Assembly (NCBI GenBank): GCA_951406725.2 | Contig: OX597820.1 | Span: 56,606,001-56,670,000, forward strand | DNA from: Octopus vulgaris | Taxonomy: Eukaryota | Length of the DNA: 64,000 nt | Direction: 5' to 3' | Part shown: one piece after another, positions 1-13,900 of the stretch | Layout: every line of letters starts with the position of its first letter | Position numbering within the stretch: the first letter of the stretch is position 1 | Position numbers and translations under genes: made by a program | Notes under the pieces: generated by a model | Databases searched by the model: none | What the model saw: the letters and a program-made list of their open reading frames with translations, nothing else | What the model was told of the DNA's origin: nothing

Positions 1-147
1 TTTCAGTTTCCGTCTACCAGATCCACTCACAAGGCTTTGCTCGGCCCGAGGCTATAGCAGTAGACACTCGACCAAGGTGCCACGCAGTGGGACTGAACCC
101 GGAACCATGTGGTTCGTAAGCAAGCTACTTACCACACAGCCACTCCT
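1..147 (-). mobile_element. tRNA-derived SINE, family A, 5' head (truncated by window start)
   Basis: Reverse complement begins aggagtggctgtgtggtaag...ggttcagtccc (A-box/B-box-like) and is near-identical to the heads of full copies at 23874, 45599-46029 and 56469-56921. Confidence 0.85.
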
Positions 148-502
148 TTGCATATCCGTAATATCAAAACTATGACGTCTCAATGCGGAGAAGTAGCAAC
201 TCGATCTGGAGAGACTTCCTGATTTCCGAGCTACGCAGCCTGTCACATAACATTACTCCAGAGACCCTTCAGTAGAAGCTCATTTAGTCGCATGTATACG
301 CCATTGTACTCTTTCTGTTATTAAGCTGGGGGATGCAGAAAAAGAGAACCGAGTCATAGTCAGTCAGGAGCTATATGATCATTGGTACGTTATAGAAAAC
401 TTTGATGGGGAAACATGACTGTACACCTACAATGTCGATACAAAAAAAAAACAAAAACAAAAAAACAGTCGTCGCATTGCTGCCTCGCCCTCACTCCGAA
501 AT

Positions 503-780
503 TTGTATCATTGGTCCGACAACATTGATATAGAGTTTTATTTCTTTGAAAAAGGCAGTACGAAGGAAGAGGTATCAGGTATGAATAAAACCTGGTTTCT
601 GCAACTCTACAACGCGACTCTTCATGCATTTCTCATGCATGAAGTTTTTCACAAAACGAGAATCGATTTGCGTCCCTTGGTGCCTTACTGTCCTGGTTTG
701 GTCACTGTAGACTTTTTTTCTTCCTAAAGCTGAAATCAAACCTGAAAGGTCACCGATTTCAGACTATAGAAGAAATCGTT
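503..780 (+). pseudogene. mariner transposase C-terminal fragment (decayed)
   Basis: Translation PYCPGLVTVDFF, then after a frameshift KLKSNLKGHRFQTIEEI, matches the mariner PYSPDLAPxDFxLFxxLKxxLxGxRF motif. Confidence 0.7.
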
Positions 781-1214
781 TCTAGGTCTGGGTCGCTATT
801 TATGAACTTCGTTAGATATTGTACGCCACAGACAATCCTCTCTGCACGCTATGTAGCTAATGGAATCAAAATTAAATTATTTTCTGGTGACTGTGGGCGT
901 GTGATACCGGTAACAGAGCACAACGGCGACCCAAACTCTGTTTCAAAAGATGTCAGCTACAGAGACATGGAGTTACTGAACATGAAGTTCGAAAAGCGGG
1001 AGGATATTGCAAGAAGTGTACACGTATTAAAATATGATGCATATACGAATGTATGTGTTCATACGCAAGGTGATCGATTGACAAAGTCGAGATACCATCG
1101 GATAGAATGCATTGCGATATTTGTGTCAATGAGTTCAAATACCATTAAAGCTAGCCTTACCTTTCTTCCTATCAGGGCGGATTAATAAAGCAGCACTCTA
1201 GTGTTGGTGTAGTC

Positions 1215-1216
1215 TT

Positions 1217-1249
<33 letters not shown>

Positions 1250-1436
1250 TCTCTCTCTCTCCCACTCTCTCTCTCCCTCTCTTTCTCCATATGTTAAATT
1301 CTAAATGTTCTACAAGTCCAAAGATGGGATAGCTGAGATGTCTCTGCTCACGTCTACATACGCACAACACCCAATTAGCGACAACATGGTATACGCTGCC
1401 AAGTTATACTCGATTATCAGACACAGCTGAATTTGT

Positions 1437-1504
<68 letters not shown>

Positions 1505-1726
1505 ACACGTAAACACACACACACATGTGTTTTCTGACTGTTTGGTTCAGCATAATTTTGGATGTATGTATGCCGCTAAATAAAAGAACCACAGTTACAA
1601 TCACACAGGGAAATCGTATAGACAACAACTCCTCCACACTTCCAATTTAACAGCAATCATTCAAAAAGCAAGCAACGATCATTTTCAATAGATTTTACAT
1701 ACATATTTAAGCATATATATGCATAT

Positions 1727-1804
<78 letters not shown>

Positions 1805-2630
1805 GTATGTACTGGCGTATGTATTTATATGTGTATGTGGGTATACATCTACCATTACTGTGTGATATACATAATGAAACAGCAAACATTATCTCCACTA
1901 TACGAAAGACTTTAAACATTGTGGTTAGGCTTGCTTCACTTGGAGATAATTGGCTTTTCAAAAACTAGATTGCTTATTAAATTGGTTTGTGGCCTGACAA
2001 TGAATATCTAAACAGTCTTCCCCACTCCGTTGTGAACACACTTGTGCGTGTCGCCTTCCACTTCGCAAAATATAACCAGGGTTTCCCAACAAAGCATTTC
2101 AATTCGTCTGGCTCCCATTCCTTGAAATGTATGTATCTATGTATCTATGTATGTGTGTATGTATGTATGTATGTATGTATGTATGTATGTATGTATGTAT
2201 GTATGTATGTATGTATGTATGTATGAGTATGCATATATATGTTTGTAGATATGTGTATGTAGATGTATGTATATATAATATATATAAGTATGATATATAT
2301 ATTCATTCATATAAATATATATGTATATGAATATATATATGTATGTATGCATTTATATATATATATATATGTATATATAAACATACACATATGTGCATAA
2401 ACATATATATATATATAAACACACATATACATACATGCACACACACACACACATATATATGTGTGTGTGTAAATATATGTATGTTGGCTGGTCTATGTAT
2501 TATCTAAGTGTGTGTGTGTGTGTGTGTGTGTGTGTCAGAGAGATTGTATATAGGTATGTGTAAGAATGTAAACCAAAGTACAAACACGAACATGATTATG
2601 TGGTGTGTGTCCATGTATGTGTGTGTGTAA

Positions 2631-2681
<51 letters not shown>

Positions 2682-2906
2682 CGAAATATATATATATATA
2701 TATATATATATTTCGTATAAGTACATTTATGTGTATGTATGAATATAGGTATATTTGTGTGACTATGCGATCCCCCTCCCGTCATAGTTACATTGTTCTA
2801 TTTTTCTTTCTTTCGTATTAGAAATAAGTATATTCGTATTATTTATACATTTCATAAAATTATACACATACAGTCACTCTCACACATATACAGGCATGCG
2901 TCATAA

Positions 2907-2950
<44 letters not shown>

Positions 2951-2976
2951 GCATGTATTATATATATATTTGCATA

Positions 2977-3031
<55 letters not shown>

Positions 3032-3325
3032 TTATGTATATATATATATATATATATACATATATACAGTATGTGTAGACATACATATATGTGTGCGCCT
3101 GTATGTGTGTGTGCATGTATATGTATTTACACATAGGCGTTTATAGGTTAGGATACATATGAGTATACGTACATATACACACATGCATACACATATACAT
3201 ACACGCACATATATATTAATTATAATGCATATATATTTATGTGTGAGTGAATATGATTGTATTAAATGCATAAAAAAATTAGAATATTCTTAGAAAAAAG
3301 AGAAGTGGAACAATTTAATAACGGG

Positions 3326-3365
<40 letters not shown>

Positions 3366-3960
3366 TCACACACAAATAGACCAACATACGCACATACAAA
3401 TATACATGAACATATAAGGAATATGTATTTACACTTTTACAGAGACACACATCACGTGTGTGTATGCGGTTTAACACAGACACACATACATGTATACATA
3501 TATACATATATACACACATTTATACATTCATATATATATATAATATGTATATGCATACATTTGCTCAGACACTCTTATATTCACCCATAGTCATATATAT
3601 ATATACATGTATAGACACACACACATATATATGTATGTATTTACTATCATTTAGGCTTTGAAGACTATACATATCTTAAATATATACAATTACACACATA
3701 CATTTATGAGTTTACTTCCACAAAAAAAATCACATGCACTTATACGTCTATCCCACGTATACACATACACAGTTAGGTATATATATATATATACTTTGAT
3801 ACACACACACACATACGTACGTACATACATACATACATACATACATACATACATACATACATACATACATACATACATACATACATACATACATACATAC
3901 ATACATACATACATACATACATACATACATACATAGATACATATACATATGTGTTTGTGG
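1215..3960. repeat. microsatellite-dense block: (CT)n, (CA)n, (TATG)n, (TA)n, (TACA)n
   Basis: Read directly, e.g. (CA)n at about 1438-1502 and 1736-1800, (TATG)n at about 2158-2225, (TACA)n at about 3822-3934. Confidence 0.95.
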
Positions 3961-5329
3961 TGCATGTCTGTAGATGTGTGTTTGTATCTAAACAGAAAAG
4001 AACAGTTGAGTGTATGAAATAAAGAGGACTAACATTAAAAGTTTTACCAGGAAATCATCGATATATCAAGATTTATCGTTTTCCCCTCCGCTTGCACCAA
4101 TAATTTTAATAACTTTTTACTCGCCAAAATGATCAAATAAAACAACAGCAACAGCAACAACATTCGCAACAATAGCAACAACAGCATTTGTAGCAACAAC
4201 AGCTGAAGTAGCAGTAACATCAATGGCGGCTATGTTTTGGTATGAATTTTTTTTTGTACGGTTGGAGGTGATTTGAAGGACATCTCTTTTCGGTGATGTT
4301 GTTCTATAGTCTCAAATCATCCCTAGTCGAACACATCTATGATTACAGGCTTTCTATCGCTATCATATTGTTAGTTAAAGGAAATTCATATTTGTGCAGG
4401 GAACCCAGAGTCATATAGCACAAGAAGTTTTTAATATAGTGGGATGCAATTTAAAGGAAATTTTGTCAACATGCTTCTATCAGCTTGGTGGGTCAAGTGC
4501 AAGTTCCTTCATTGGCTTGTAGGATATTTATTAACTTCATTGCAATTAAGTTGAACAACTCCGTAGAGGCTCCTATGTTTCGTTGAATGTCACAGGATGG
4601 AAACAAATTGACGTGATTTTACTTTGTCCAACTTGTTCGACTCTATTGTAAGCCAACCGTAGGAGGTTTATAGTCAGTACAAGACAAGACTAGATGCAAA
4701 TATAAACTGTCTTTCTTGCTGAACCTCATAAAATAAACCATATACAGTCGATCCTGTGTGATCGTTCGGCGTTCTAGAGATAGCTGCCAAATATTCCTAA
4801 AATAATTAAACCTTCTCATATTAAAATAGATGGATACGTAGGATAATGTAGTTCTAAATACACTATGTCTGAAAATAAGATGGAATGGTCAAAGCCACAA
4901 CAACAACAGCTATAGCGACAGCAAAAAAAAAACACGTTTTGCTGGAGAGTGTAGTGTGAACCCTACCTAGTTTGAGATATGAATCCAGTGGATTACACCT
5001 AAGCGTACTTGAAGTTCAATGGTTCGAAGATCGATGGTCATACCAGGAATGTATTTGATTATTAAGTCACCTCATTTACAACTGATATTGAGCTGAACAA
5101 CAGCAAAAACATCAACACCTACGTTAGCAGCCACTATAGTAACAGTAGCAAGAGACATGATGTGAGAATGCTCTTAAATTCACTGTCTGATTGGAACTTA
5201 TCAAATGTTTTATATACATACATACATGCATACATACATAGATACATAATACATACATAATACATACATACATACATACATACATACATACATACATACA
5301 TACATACATACATACATACATACATACAT

Positions 5330-5730
5330 TGTTTGGCATCCTTTTGTCTCGGGAGACAATGAAGTTGCGCATAAACTAATCCAGTCTAATTTTTACATTT
5401 CATGTCCTCTCCAGTTTCCTCTCCAGTATTGCGCAGGCCTGGGCTAGATGTAAGAAAATCCTGGATAGCCCAATCGTCAGGATTCCTCGTTCGACCTTGC
5501 TTATGTAGTCCAAAGGAGTGCAGAGCATTACGTTTGGCACCAGCTTGGTTGCAGGAGCTGCCTGAAGAGTGTCGAGTCTAACACTAAACCGCCTACGAGG
5601 CTCCACTCCGGATTTCTTTGAAGGTTGTCTCCTTTCTGTAACCTTGGATAGGGGCCCATACTGGTAACTGTCAGCCGGAGCCAGCTGAGCCCGGGACTCG
5701 TGTCAGACAGAGTCGTCACTCCCTGAAGTG
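5330..5730 (-). mobile_element. probable short non-autonomous RTE-type LINE derivative
   Basis: GC-richer island between TACA tracts. The minus-strand end gcgcaacttcattgtctcccgagacaaaaggatgccaaac resembles RTE-clade 3' ends; no RT motif is visible. Confidence 0.4.
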
Positions 5731-5779
5731 GGGAAGAAAATCGCTATCCACTACCTACCTTTCTACATACATACATGAT

Positions 5780-6149
5780 GGCAATCCGTCGGTTACGACG
5801 ACGAGTGTTCCAGTTGATTTGATCAACGGAACAGCCTGCTCGTGAAATTAACGTGCAGGTGGCTGAGCACTCTACAGACACGTGAACCCTTAACGTAGTT
5901 CTCGGGGAGATTCAGCGTGACACAGAGTGTGACAAGGGTGGCCCTTTGAAATACAGGTACAATAGAAATAGGAAAAAAAGAGTGAGAGAAAGTTGCGGTG
6001 AAAGAGTTGAGCAGGGTTCACCACCACCCCCTGCCGGAGCCTCGTGGTGTTTTCGCTCAATAAACACTCACAACGCTCGGTCTGGAAATCGAGACCACGA
6101 TCCTAAGACCGCGAGTCCCCTGCCCTTACCACTGGGCCATTGCGCCTCC
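5780..6149 (-). mobile_element. tRNA-derived SINE, family C
   Basis: Minus-strand head ggaggcgcaatggcccagtggtaagg...ggtctcgatttcc (A/B boxes). Its 3' ~180 bp is shared with 7835-8019. Confidence 0.8.
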
Positions 6150-6226
6150 ACACATACATACATACATACATACGTACATACATACATACATGCATGCATA
6201 CATACATACATACATACATACATACA

Positions 6227-6257
<31 letters not shown>

Positions 6258-6604
6258 GTATGTTGTTTAGTGCATGACTCAATAGCTTTTATTTACAACT
6301 GTACGTTGCTGCATATTGCATTATAGTACATTTCTACATTATCACAAGGAAGTACAATATAACTCATTTTATGCTTACACGCATGGGCACGCGCGAGTGT
6401 ACAAATATAGAGAATCAAATTGCTTCACATACATCATCATATACATGTAGCCACAGAGGTATACACACGCACGCGCGCATGCACGCACGCACACACATAC
6501 ACCCACACAGATATATTGCAAAAGTACTTTTCGAAACACTACATAGAAACCATCGTAATGCTTGCATATTTCATGAATCTTTGTTTCATAGAAATTACTT
6601 ACGA

Positions 6605-6900
6605 CAGCAACAATAACAAGAATAAGAACAAGGACACGACGACGACCCCCCACCTCCACCATTACCACCACAATTTCCACCACCACCACCACCACCACCA
6701 CCACCATTATCATTATCACCATTACCGCCACCGCCACCACAGTTACCACCCCCACCACGACAACGACAACCACCACCACTACCACAACGACGACGACCTC
6801 CACCACTACCACCAGCAACAACAGCAACAGCATCAACAGCAACAGCAAAAACAACAATACTGCGGCAATATTAACAACGACAACAGCATAGAAAATCAAC
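6605..6900. repeat. compound trinucleotide low-complexity tract (CAC/CAA/CAG)
   Basis: Read directly; it accounts for the poly-His/Gln/Val ORFs. Confidence 0.9.
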
Positions 6901-7359
6901 TTCCATAGTAACAATTAGCAAGAAAATAATAACATTATTCTCGTGTTGCTCCCCTAGCGGACAGTTATTACAAGAGAGATAATCATATCCTATTAATACT
7001 TAGTGGGATTTAAATCTTGAATTTGAAATTAAGGAATCATACAGATAACACTTTCTTAATAACAGTGTAGCCAAGGGCGGTTTAGTATGGCGTACTGAAG
7101 GAAGGTATAGTCTAGTGTTGTGTAATCAATTAATATTGTATTTTCCCTCAACGGGTCTATATTTCTAGGTTTCCTTTTCGAATGCTTCTTGCATTAGATA
7201 TGATAACACTAAATATAGGAATATTAAAGTATTACAAATAAGAAATATCTTTGAGCCATGGATTACCGTAGATTTAAAACTTGATAATACTAATTTCTAA
7301 AAGAGGCATATAAAATCAAAACCGGAGGATAGTTAGAGCCGGTTATGTCAGACCCTGTA

Positions 7360-7790
7360 CATGACGGAGTTAAATTAGTTTTATCGCTCTTCAAAAGATA
7401 AAGGAGAAGATTGACATCGGTAGAATTTGAACTCAGACCACGAAGAGCAGGATTAATCACCACAAGGCATTTTTTCGACGCATAACGGTTTTTACCAATT
7501 CCTCGCCTTGGAGTAGAAATTTATTTTATCGGCCTTGGAAGAACGAAAGGCGTAGTTGGCTTCGACGGGATTTGAATTGGGGACGTTAAGGGCCGGATGA
7601 AATTCTGCATAAAATTTTGTCCGGCGTTCAACGATTTTACAAATCCAGCACTCTGGACTAGAACTTTTTTTTATTGGCCTCGGAAGAATGAAAGGCAAAA
7701 TTGACCTCGGCAGGATTTGAACTCAAAACGTAAAGAACCGAAACAAGTACCGCAAGGCGTTTTATTTTTGACGCTTAAAAATTCTACAGA
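7360..7790 (-). mobile_element. three decayed tandem fragments of SINE family B
   Basis: Three degenerate versions of tttatcgaccccgaaaggatgaaaggcaaagtcgacctcggcggaatttgaactcag. Confidence 0.65.
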
Positions 7791-7834
7791 TGCAAACAGT
7801 ATTGGAACCACTTCTAGCTTTACTCTAATAAACT

Positions 7835-8161
7835 GGCACTCCGTCGGTTACGACGACGAAGGTTCTAGTTAATCCGATCAACAGAACAGCCTGCTCGTGT
7901 ATTGTAATATGTAAGTGGGTGAGCTCTCCATCACAGACATGGGTGTCCTTAACGTAGTTCACATGGAAATTCAGCGTGATACAGAATGTGGTAAGACTGG
8001 CCCTTTGAAATACAGGTACTACTCATTTTTGCCGGCTGAGTAGACTGGAGCAATGTGAAATAAAGTGTCTTGCTCAAGGACACAACCTACCTCCGGGAAT
8101 CGAACTCATGACGTTACAATCGTGAGCCTAATACACTAACCACTAAGCCACGCGCCTTCAC
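7835..8161 (-). mobile_element. tRNA-derived SINE, family D (tail shared with family C)
   Basis: Minus-strand head gtgaaggcgcgtggcttagtggttag...gagttcgattccc, body ccttgagcaagacact, tail homologous to 5780-5960. Confidence 0.8.
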
Positions 8162-8449
8162 CAATAATAAACACATTTGTACTCGTGACCCAAAGTGAAG
8201 CCACACGAGGCTTGTGGAAAAGACCGCTTTCTCATGGTTGGAATAGCTTCTTTTGTTTTTGATTATTGTTGCTTTCACTCAGGCTTGAACCACCATCGTT
8301 GCCATCGTCGCGCGCGTCGCCATCGTCATCATCATCATCATCATTATCATCATCATCATAAGCAACAGTAACAACAACAATTTGTTATCGCTACTTATAT
8401 GAGATATTTGTAAAAGAGGAAGCCAAGGCTCGATGGTTGTAATGAATCT

Positions 8450-8893
8450 TCACTATTCTAGGCACAAGGCTCGAAATTTTTGGGGAGGGGGACATTCGAT
8501 TAGATCGACCCCAGTACGCAACTTTGTACTTAATTTATCGACCCCGAAAGGATGAAAGACAAAGTCGACCTCGGCGGAATTTGAACTCAGAACATAAAGA
8601 CTGACGAAACACCGCTAAGCATTTCGCCCGGCGTGCTAACGATTCTGTCAGCTCGCCGACTTAAGATAAAAGAAATATTCTTTTCTACTTTAGGCACAAG
8701 GCTCGAAATTTTGGGGGAGGGGACCAGTCGATTAGATCGGCTCCAGTACGCAACTGGTACTTAATTTATCGACCCCGAAAGGATGAAAGGCAAAGTTGAC
8801 CTCAGCGGAATTTGAACTCAGAACATAACAGCAGACGAAATGACGCTAAGCATTTAGCCCGGCGTGCTAATGTTTCTGCCAGCTCGCCGCCTT
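8450..8893 (-). mobile_element. two tandem copies of SINE family B (Deu/Nin-like core)
   Basis: Two ~210-bp copies (about 8450-8662 and 8680-8893). Head ggcggcgagctggcagaa; core gcctttcatcctttcggggtcgataaattaagtaccag resembles the Deu/Nin SINE central domain. Confidence 0.85.
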
Positions 8894-9149
8894 GACGGAT
8901 GTGAAGAATGACAAGAAAAAGAAAACATAATAAAATAAAATAAAATAAAACTGAGGAGAAACGATTAATTAGGATAATGATGGTGATGGTGATGATTATG
9001 AAGATGATGTGGCTGCTGCTGATGATAATGATGCTGAAAGAGAAAAAAACGAGAGAAAAGCTAAAATATAGACAGAAAATAATTTTTAAAAATGTTAAAA
9101 TTTAAATTAAATCAGATTGATTGTTATTACAAAGGTAATTCGATGGAGT

Positions 9150-10500
9150 AGCTGCGGTGGCAGTGGTGGTGATGGTGGTGGCAGTGGTGGTGATGGTGGT
9201 GGCAGTGGTGGTGATGGTGGTGGCAGTGGTGGTGATGGTGGTGGCAGTGGTGCTGGAAGTAGTGTCAACGGTGTTTGCGGTTTCTGTTTGCGGTGGTTGG
9301 TGGTGGTGGTGGTAGTGGTGGCGGTGATAGTGGCAGTGGTGGTGGCTGTAGTGCGAAGGTGGTGGTCAGGTTTGCAGCGGATTGTAATGGTTGTGGTTGC
9401 GATGGTGGTGGGTGTGAGAGTGGAGATGAGCATGGTGGTGGTTGTAGTGGTAGTGGTAGTGGTTGTGGTTGTAGCGGCGTGTGTGGTGGTGAGGTTCGTT
9501 GTGGATTGTAATGGTTGTGGTTGCGATGGTGATGGGTGTGAGAGTGGTGATGGGCATGGTGGTGGTTGTAGTGGTGAGGTTGGTAGCGGGTTGTAGTGGT
9601 TGTAGTTGTGATGGTGGGTAGTGGTGCTTGTGGTGGTAGTGATTGTGGTGGTTGCGAGTGAGGCAGTAGGCGATGGGTGAGTGTTGTAGTGGTGACGGGT
9701 TTGGTGGTGGTTAAGGTGGTGGTGATAGTAGAAATTGTACTACTAGTAGTATTATTAGTAGTTGTTGTAGTCGTAGTGTGTTAGTGGCGGTGGTGGTCTT
9801 AACAGTAGTGACGACAGTTGCGAGGTTAGCGGTGGTTGAGGTATAGGAGGTAGTATTGACAGTATTGTTGTTGTTAGTGGTGGTGGTGGTAATGGAGGCG
9901 ATGGCATTGGTGGAGACCAACCGCTGTGGTGGTGGTGGAAGTGGTGGTGGTGGCAGTGGTGGTGGTAGTAGTGATGGTGGTGGTGGTGATAGTTCTGTCA
10001 GCGGACGTCTCTATTAGTTGTGTTGTAATGTTATTGCGGTTGTTGCTGCTGTTGCATGGTAGTGGTATTGGTGGTAGTTGTGATGGTGTTTCTTGTGGTA
10101 GACGCAGAGATTGATGTCGTAGTAGATGTTATTGATAAATCTGTCAATAACAATGGTTAGCATGGTGGTATCGGCTGTTGTTGTTGTGGTGATGGTAGTA
10201 GAGGTGGTAGTGATGGTGATGGTGGTGGTGGAGGTGACGGCAAGGGTGGTAATGGGGTTGTTGGTGGTGGTAGTTGTAAACTATCTTGTTGCTTGCTTCT
10301 TCCTTTGTTTTCCTTTCTTTTTGTCCCCCTCCAAGTCAAAGCTACTAACAACTACCTTTCTCTATCACCTGCACCCAAGACCCACCACCACCAATACCAC
10401 CACTACAACTAACATCACATCATCATAATCATCATCATTAGCAGCAGCAGCAGCAGCAGTACCCCCTCCAACATAGCATCGTCTTCTTCCTCCTCTTCCT
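9150..10500. repeat. GGT/GTA/CAT trinucleotide mosaic including a 21-bp tandem repeat
   Basis: (ggtggcagtggtggtgatggt) about x4 at 9156-9250, and a ~70-bp unit duplicated at about 9379 and 9503. Confidence 0.9.
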
Positions 10501-10528
10501 CCTGCTCATCGTTACCACGAACAGTACC

Positions 10529-10748
10529 TATTTCTTTACTACCCACAATGGGCTAAACACAGAAGGGACGAACAAGGACAGACAAACGGATTAAGTCGAT
10601 TATATCGACCCCAGTGCGTAACTGGTATTTATTTAATCGACCCCGAAAGGATGAAAGGCAAAGCCGACCACGGCGGAATTTGAACTCAGAACGTAGCGGC
10701 AGACAAAATACCGCTAAGCATTTCTCCCGGCGTGCTAACGTTTCTGCC
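10529..10748 (-). mobile_element. SINE family B, subtype B2 tail, with short TSD
   Basis: Tail ctatttctttactacccacaa; flanked on both sides by aacagtacc. Confidence 0.85.
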
Positions 10749-11049
10749 AAACAGTACCACGAACAGTATCAAGCACCAGCGCCATCAGCACCAACACCAC
10801 CATCATCACCATCGTTATCATTGTCATCATCATCATCATCGTCGTCGTCGACGTCGTTACCACAACCATAACCAACACCACTTCATCATCACCACTATCA
10901 TCACCATCATCATCGTTCTTGTACAAAGATGACCACCCTCTTGCAAGATTTCTACTGGAAATGTGCCATCTGATAACGGATGACATGAAAATATTTTTTA
11001 GGCCCTAGGATCATAAAAAAACCTTTATCGTCGTGCATATCTTCTCTAT

Positions 11050-11960
11050 CTGCATGCATCTGGATTTCCTGAGCTTTCGCAATCCGCTATTTATTTTTCC
11101 GATTACGAAAAGTAGATTGACTCATTCTTCGATGAGCTGACGACTTATATTTTGGAAGCGCATGATTAGAGATTGTCCAGAGTAAGTATGTCTCGATATG
11201 TCATTAGACGATTTTTGTAGCTCATTCACTGCTTTGATTGCGTAGTTCGGTCTCTGAATAAAACTATTCAGTCGCTCGGGGAGAAGCTCCCACTCTCAGG
11301 TTCCACCAGTCATTAACCTTTGCTAGTGACATGTGAAGTTTTAATAGGATGCTCCAGCACCTTCAGAGCCTAACTTTTATTACCAGACTTTCTACCGGCA
11401 CCTAAGTGTTTAACTCTAGAATCCATGTTGTAGAAGCAGCTATCTACCCAATGAGCTTCAAAGTTGCGTCCGGGGAGCAGATTTCTCATCATCGCAACAT
11501 ACACACATACGTGGTCCGATGAACGCAGTTGATGCAGTATAAATCTAAATCACCCATCTTTGCATCATACTTAATGAATATACATCATTGACAGGTAACT
11601 TACTGCAGTTTTCGTCCGAGATAAAATATTTTATAGTTGTGCTCTATTTAGAAGCATAATATATCGCAAAGAAACGAAAAATCGTCCTGGTAGTGGCTAA
11701 CAAGAACGCTAGATATATTTCGGGATTGTTGCACCTCGTGTACTTGTAACCAGCCACATTCCTAGATGAAATCTGTCGCCCTCGATATAAGAAACAGTAA
11801 ATAATACATTCACTGTTATTGCGAACAGCCGGCGTTACCGATAGCCACTGCAGGGATGATTTTTCTTCTCGTATTCCCCTGAGATATATTATGTTTTTAA
11901 CCTAGTACGTCAACATTAGATTTTATCGCATTTGGACATTCAGTAACTTGTTTATCGATG
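11050..11960 (-). mobile_element. possible highly decayed LINE (APE endonuclease end region)
   Basis: Minus-strand pieces QLRSSDHVCV (SDH motif) followed by LLKLHMSL...NDWW, reminiscent of L1/Tx1 ORF2. Many stops; weak evidence. Confidence 0.3.
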
Positions 11961-12137
11961 GTGCATATTATATATATTATGTATGATTCATAGAAGACTC
12001 GCTCTCTCTTCCTCTCCACTTCCCTGTCTTTATATACATATTAATATATATACATACATGTATATATTTATATATATATATATGCATACATATATTTATA
12101 TACATACATATATATATACATATATACACATACATTC

Positions 12138-12442
12138 ACATGTTTGTTTTCGTTCGGTTTCCTTGTATCTCTCCACTGTCCTGTTTTTGTTCCAAACTTT
12201 GTCCCACCATAAATCCCAAATTTTATTTCGGTATTTGTGGGAGCAACTGCCTTCGAAGACTCATATTCTCGTTTAATGCTCGAAATGAGGAGTAGATAGG
12301 TAGCTGACAACTGATGTGAAAGGTCGTTCATTATGTTACTTGTCCTGTTTTCCATTTGTTTCTCTCTTTGTTTGCGTATTCAACTAATTTGTTTTCGTAT
12401 TTCATGTTGTTTACTGTTTCTAACGTCCCGTACCCATATAAG

Positions 12443-12445
<3 letters not shown>
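12138..12445. repeat. interspersed repeat, shorter copy of a partial tandem pair
   Basis: catgtttgttttcgttcggtttccttgtatctctccactgtcc... is repeated at 12906-13185. Confidence 0.85.
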
Positions 12446-12516
<71 letters not shown>

Positions 12517-12539
12517 TGTATTATTATTATTATTTGATT

Positions 12540-13185
12540 TACAAGTAAGTTCCATTTCCAAGTAAGTTTATCTTAATCTTTTTGATGCGACTCTACCCTA
12601 TACTGTTCTCTCCCCCTATCGTTTTCTCTCTCATCCGTTCTCTAATTCCACTTTTACTTCCTTCAACGTTTTCTATCTCTCTCTCTCTCTCTCTGTACCC
12701 GTCTTTCCTTTTTAGTCCCTCTCGTTGTTCACGCGTGAAATCGTCCATCTTTCTTTTCTTCACGTGATCATCATTCTTTTCTTTCAGGGCTGTCCTAGGG
12801 GCTGGACGTATCCTAACTACCTCTCTCTTCTATCTTTTCTCTTGCCAAAGAAAGTATTTCCTCAGCATTTGCTATTTTGCCCTCATTCTGGTCTAACGAT
12901 CCTCCATGTTTGTTTTCGTTCGGTTTCCTTGTATCTCTCCACTGTCCTGTTTTTGTTTCCAACTTTGATCCTCCATAAATCCCAAATTTTGTTTTGGCAT
13001 TTGTGAGAGCAACTGTCTTCGAAGACTCATATTGTCGTTCAATGCTCGAAATGAAGAGTAGATAGGCAGCCGACAACTGACATGAAGGGTCGTTCTTTAT
13101 GTTACTTGTCTTGTTTACCATATGTTTCTCTCGTTGTTTGCGTATTTCATGTTGTTTACTGTTTGTGACGTCCTGCAAACCCATA
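12540..13185. repeat. interspersed repeat, longer copy of the partial tandem pair (possible PLE terminus)
   Basis: CT-rich leader followed by ~280 bp homologous to 12138-12445; both copies end at (TA)n. Confidence 0.7.
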
Positions 13186-13205
13186 TATGCATATATATAT
13201 ATATA

Positions 13206-13327
13206 TTGGTCTGCTTGCTTAGCCAGCGAGGTGGCGTCATTTGAAGGCTAAAACAATGCAAAGCGCATTGTGACCAGCGATATGTAGCAACATCTGATAA
13301 CCTGGTCGGTCACGTGATCACGGTGAT
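13206..13327 (+). mobile_element. SINE/LINE 3' tail fragment ending ...gtcacgtgatcacggtgat-(TA)n
   Basis: Reverse-complement match to 16157-16266. Confidence 0.75.
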
Positions 13328-13461
13328 ATATATATATATTATTTATATCATTACATACATACGTATGTATATATATATACACACACATATATTTATATAT
13401 ATGTATGTATATGTTTACATATGTATATATGTAAATACGTTAACGGCTTATCTTTTCAATA

Positions 13462-13500
<39 letters not shown>

Positions 13501-13589
13501 ATGTCGTTCTTTATTCCTGCGAACAGAGCATAGAACAAAGGTTGCATATACAAAAAAAAAATCGAAATCACCAAATCAAAGAGGAGTGT

Positions 13590-13900
13590 GTGATATATTC
13601 TTTAATAGGTTACTTGTTAACAGAATATATTCCGTTTCGGTTCACATGAATGGAGTCTGGTCACAACTGCTATGCCATCTAATGGGGAGAAAATATATAC
13701 AACTTGGTGTTAGTGAGGTGGTAGGTATATTTGTAAAGTTAGTAGAGAAGTTCTTCCAAGGGTATTCAATAACTTGATAGTCCCTCTAGTGAGGCAGTGA
13801 GTGCATCGTTAAGGAGTTGTCAGAACATCGGGTACAATCAGGCTATCTGTTTTCTGAGTTCGTAACGTGTTGACCTCAAATTTGCTTTTCCTTCCCTGGG
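13590..13900 (-). repeat. unclassified repeat, homologous to 16545-16830 (+)
   Basis: Both share cagttgtgaYcag...gtgaaccgaaacggaatatRttct...acctattaa. Confidence 0.6.

Noticed and set aside
1310-3965. Numerous ORFs such as [12 protein letters not shown] and MYVCMYV here and throughout the window
   Set aside because: They are translations of di- and tetranucleotide microsatellites, with no coding signal.
6375-6914. His/Gln-rich and Val-rich ORFs resembling metal-binding or membrane proteins
   Set aside because: Both strands are open only because of stop-poor trinucleotide repeats.
9107-9596. Gly-rich (GGSGGDG)n and Pro-rich (PPPSPPL)n ORFs resembling structural proteins
   Set aside because: They are embedded in a GGT mosaic microsatellite, with no splice or start context and no non-repetitive domain.
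12246-12325. Possible type II hammerhead (ccttc-gaaga...gag-ta...ctgaYRt-gaagg) in the duplicated repeat
   Set aside because: The core deviates (CUGACGU-like, GAAG) and stem I does not pair convincingly.
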